From: Takakia lepidozioides
Lineage: Eukaryota; Plantae; Bryophyta
Direction: 5' to 3'
DNA: 64,000 nt
Assembly: GCA_030704615.1 (NCBI GenBank)
Contig: CM060731.1
Location: 930,001 to 994,000, forward strand
Shown here piece after piece: positions 61,386 to 64,000 of the stretch; the stretch's first letter is position 1, and each line of letters starts with the position of its first letter. Both the position numbers and the translations under genes were made by a program. The notes below the pieces were generated by a model that saw nothing but the letters and a program-made list of their open reading frames with translations, did no database searches and was not told where the DNA came from.

Positions 61386-64000
61386 ATGGCGGAAAACCCG
61401 AGCGCTACAGTGTACTGCCCTCCTCACGAGCATAGAGCTTCATTTCCGTGCAGAGGGGACACCTGCCGGGTGATGGAGAAATATCTGTGCGTTCGATACC
61501 ACTGAAACCGGGGTCGGTTTTTTTTGGAGGAGGAAAGGAAGGACTCAAACGGCCTTGTTGTCGAGTATTGTTGTGCTCCACGATGATTTCGGCGATGGCA
61601 GGGAATGGCGAGTTCCACCATCGGACAGCGTCATATACAGGGCTGTTGGGGACTTCATTTGCCCGCCAAATGCACCTTCTATCCTGGCGCCTTCCACGAA
61701 ACAATCCGCGAATCAGAGAGTGGGTACCTCAAAGAGAGAAGTCCGCAACGAAGTAAATCCAGAGCCGAACCCATCCATGAAGACGAGCGAGAACCGGGTT
61801 GTTCACAACCTGTCCGACTCAGACGAGGTCATGGAAGTTCCGAGGTCGTCCTGGAGATCAGGCAAGTCCTCAATGGACGTCAGTGGAGGAGGGAGTCATA
61901 TTCCCAGCACGAGCACCGCAGTTCGATCTATTCTTGAAATTCTGCGAGGGCTTCACCTGGAGGGACACCGGTCGGAGCTGGCCGGGCTGGACTACAGCAA
62001 GTTCGCAATTAAATCGGTTACATGCCTTCCCGCCGACGTCGACGGTAATATCTTCTTTGAGTTCCCTCCTCGGGCGGACTACTCGAGGGCGTCCGGAATG
62101 TTGACAGATATGGATAGAAAACATGACGGTCATCCTTGGTGCGTTACCAAAACCACCAGCATGAAGATGCTGATGGTGTGCGGGTGCGCTACGTTGTTTG
62201 TGCGGGGCGCGTTGCGGTGTTTCTCCCCAACTTGCTTCCACTTTAAATCCAGAGGTCACAGGAACGAGACCGATTGGACAGGCACAGCTCATCAACCATT
62301 TCGAGCTCAGGAGAAGGTTCCGAACTCCACATTTAAGTGTGCGCATTGCAAAGAACCACCACACTGCATGTCTGTTTGTAATGCCAAGCAGTTCTATGTG
62401 TTGCACCGTTTCCCTGACCTCACCCGAGCTTGCATACACGTTGGTTCCCATTGTCACAAATTGGCGGGGGAACTCGCGGGAGGCTGCCCACGAAGCAGAG
62501 CAGCTCGTTCAGGAGGAGGTTAAGTTGAGACCGGGTGCCAAACCCAAACAGATACAGCTCCAAGCCGCCCATAAGATGGCATTGGCCAGAATTATGTCGG
62601 AAGACGGCTCCGATAGAGTTCCTCTCGACGAGAAGGAAATGGAGGCATTGCTGGGAGGTGTCCCACGTATGTTCACCGAATGTCCGAAACCACATTGTCT
62701 CATGCAAACAGAAAATTGGGCGTGGCTCGGATATGCACTCCATTCTGGAGGTGAAGCGACGATGTGGATATGACTACATTCATGGAAGTAGGTTTCCAGG
62801 ACAAGGGACTGAGGCAGATCGTTGTTTCGTATTCAAAATGTCCACGTGTGGACCTGGCAGCGGCGTCGAACTGGTCGACAGGATGACGAGTGGGAACTTG
62901 TCAAACAGTTGGGTCATGTTCGACCATATCAAGCGAATTACAAATCACCAGTGGGTGACAATGGGTGCACATGTCTACGACACCCACTGCAGGATGCTAA
63001 TGACAATTGCTATTTGTGAGATGAAAGGAGAGGACACACAATCGGAGATGCTTCTTTGGCAGGGAATAAACGAACAGATGGCCAAGGCGGGATTGCCCCC
63101 TCCCAATTTCCGTGGTTTCATGGCGGACAACGCACAAGCAAATTGGGCTGCCATCCGAAGGGTGTACGGGCAAGACCCCAATGTTCCCATGGAAGGCAAG
63201 GAGAGATCTTGTGGGTTCCATTTTCTGCAGAGCCTTTCGCAGTACACAACCAGGCTCGTGGCGCCAGATTTCAGAGAGGAGCACCGTTCCATGTGCCTTG
63301 CGTGGAAGCGCGCTCCCACCTTGGATGATGCAGAGACACAGTTTGCATGCATACGGGCTTGGTGGACATCGTCAGGTGCTGTAAGGAAATCAGACGAAGG
63401 AGCAATGGTCAGTTGGCTAGCATGGTGGCATTATCGTTTCCTCCAGTTCGGCGACTATATGCGGGAGGTGAGTTGCACGAATTCGCGTCCCGTTGGATAT
63501 TATTCTTGGCCATATTTGTAACTTGCTTGTAACCTCAACATGTGCTTGTGCAGGAAATGTGTCTCGACTCCGACACCGACATGCCCACGACAAACATGGC
63601 CGAATCAGTGCACTCTTCCTGGCGTGCCTCCTCTGCGGCGCATCTGGTGGACATCCTCACTGCCACAACGGAGGACATTGTGAGGTCAATTATGCAGCAA
63701 TGCAGGTACAACGAGTTCTTGAAAGGGAAACAGTGGGGCTTGGGGCCGGACAGGCAGGAAATGCTGATGCGGACTGCCTCCAGATCGAAGAATCCTCGGA
63801 AGTGGGCGGCGGCCTTGCGAGAGGGCCTTCGGGACACGCCATTGCTGCGAAGAGGCCAACATTTGGAAGGAGATGTTCATACCCGTCCAGTGAGACGAAG
63901 ACTTGACGAGGCACCTGGCGGAGAAGAGGATTCATGGCGAGCTGACAAGAATATTCGCACGCTCCCTCGTGGTCCGGTGATGTTGTCCGAGGAGGTCTCG
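61386..64000 (+). CDS. MULE transposase, right copy (partial)
   Basis: Retains WVMFDHIKR, FMADN, CGFH and TTNMAES; intron 63468-63553; several 1-bp indels upstream. Confidence 0.88.

Larger units (their letters stand above)
54172..64000 (-). mobile_element. Right arm of the inverted repeat (MULE copy 2), runs off the window
   Basis: Starts GGGGGCTGCTATTTCATGAGCGGCATGAGC; mirrors the left arm, with different repeat-array lengths. Confidence 0.93.

Overview
Eukaryotic nuclear DNA from a non-seed land plant, probably a bryophyte (inferred from a PLS-class PPR, plant-type U2AF65 and HHP genes, and PHD-bearing Ty3/gypsy elements). Two intact host genes lie in the left half: an 18-exon U2AF65 (+, 6350-17683) and a 3-exon PAQR/heptahelical protein gene (-, 24949-27442). 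They are surrounded by pseudogenes (LENG1/Cir_N-like, PPR) and many TE pieces: tRNA-SINEs, a TTAA/CCC piggyBac-like MITE, a hAT MITE, a solo LTR, a CACTA end, and gypsy derivatives, one carrying a C5-DNA-methyltransferase remnant. The right ~25 kb is a composite Mutator-like (MULE) structure. A GCM-like/DDE/SWIM transposase is transcribed divergently from a multi-intron gene encoding a ParB/Srx-like domain fused to a beta-class N4/N6 DNA amino-methyltransferase-like domain. Arrays of the palindrome GGAAATTCGGCGCCGAATTTCC sit in the element's non-coding parts, and the intergenic array is helically phased. Two copies form a >9.8-kb-arm inverted repeat around a 1.5-kb remnant of an older paralogous element that has its own variant palindrome (ATAGTCGGCACCGACTAT); the same variant occurs upstream of a decayed protein kinase. 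The main candidate novel system is a transposon-borne ParB/parS-like plus DNA-methyltransferase module. All domain calls are by-eye motif recognition and need HMM or structure confirmation.
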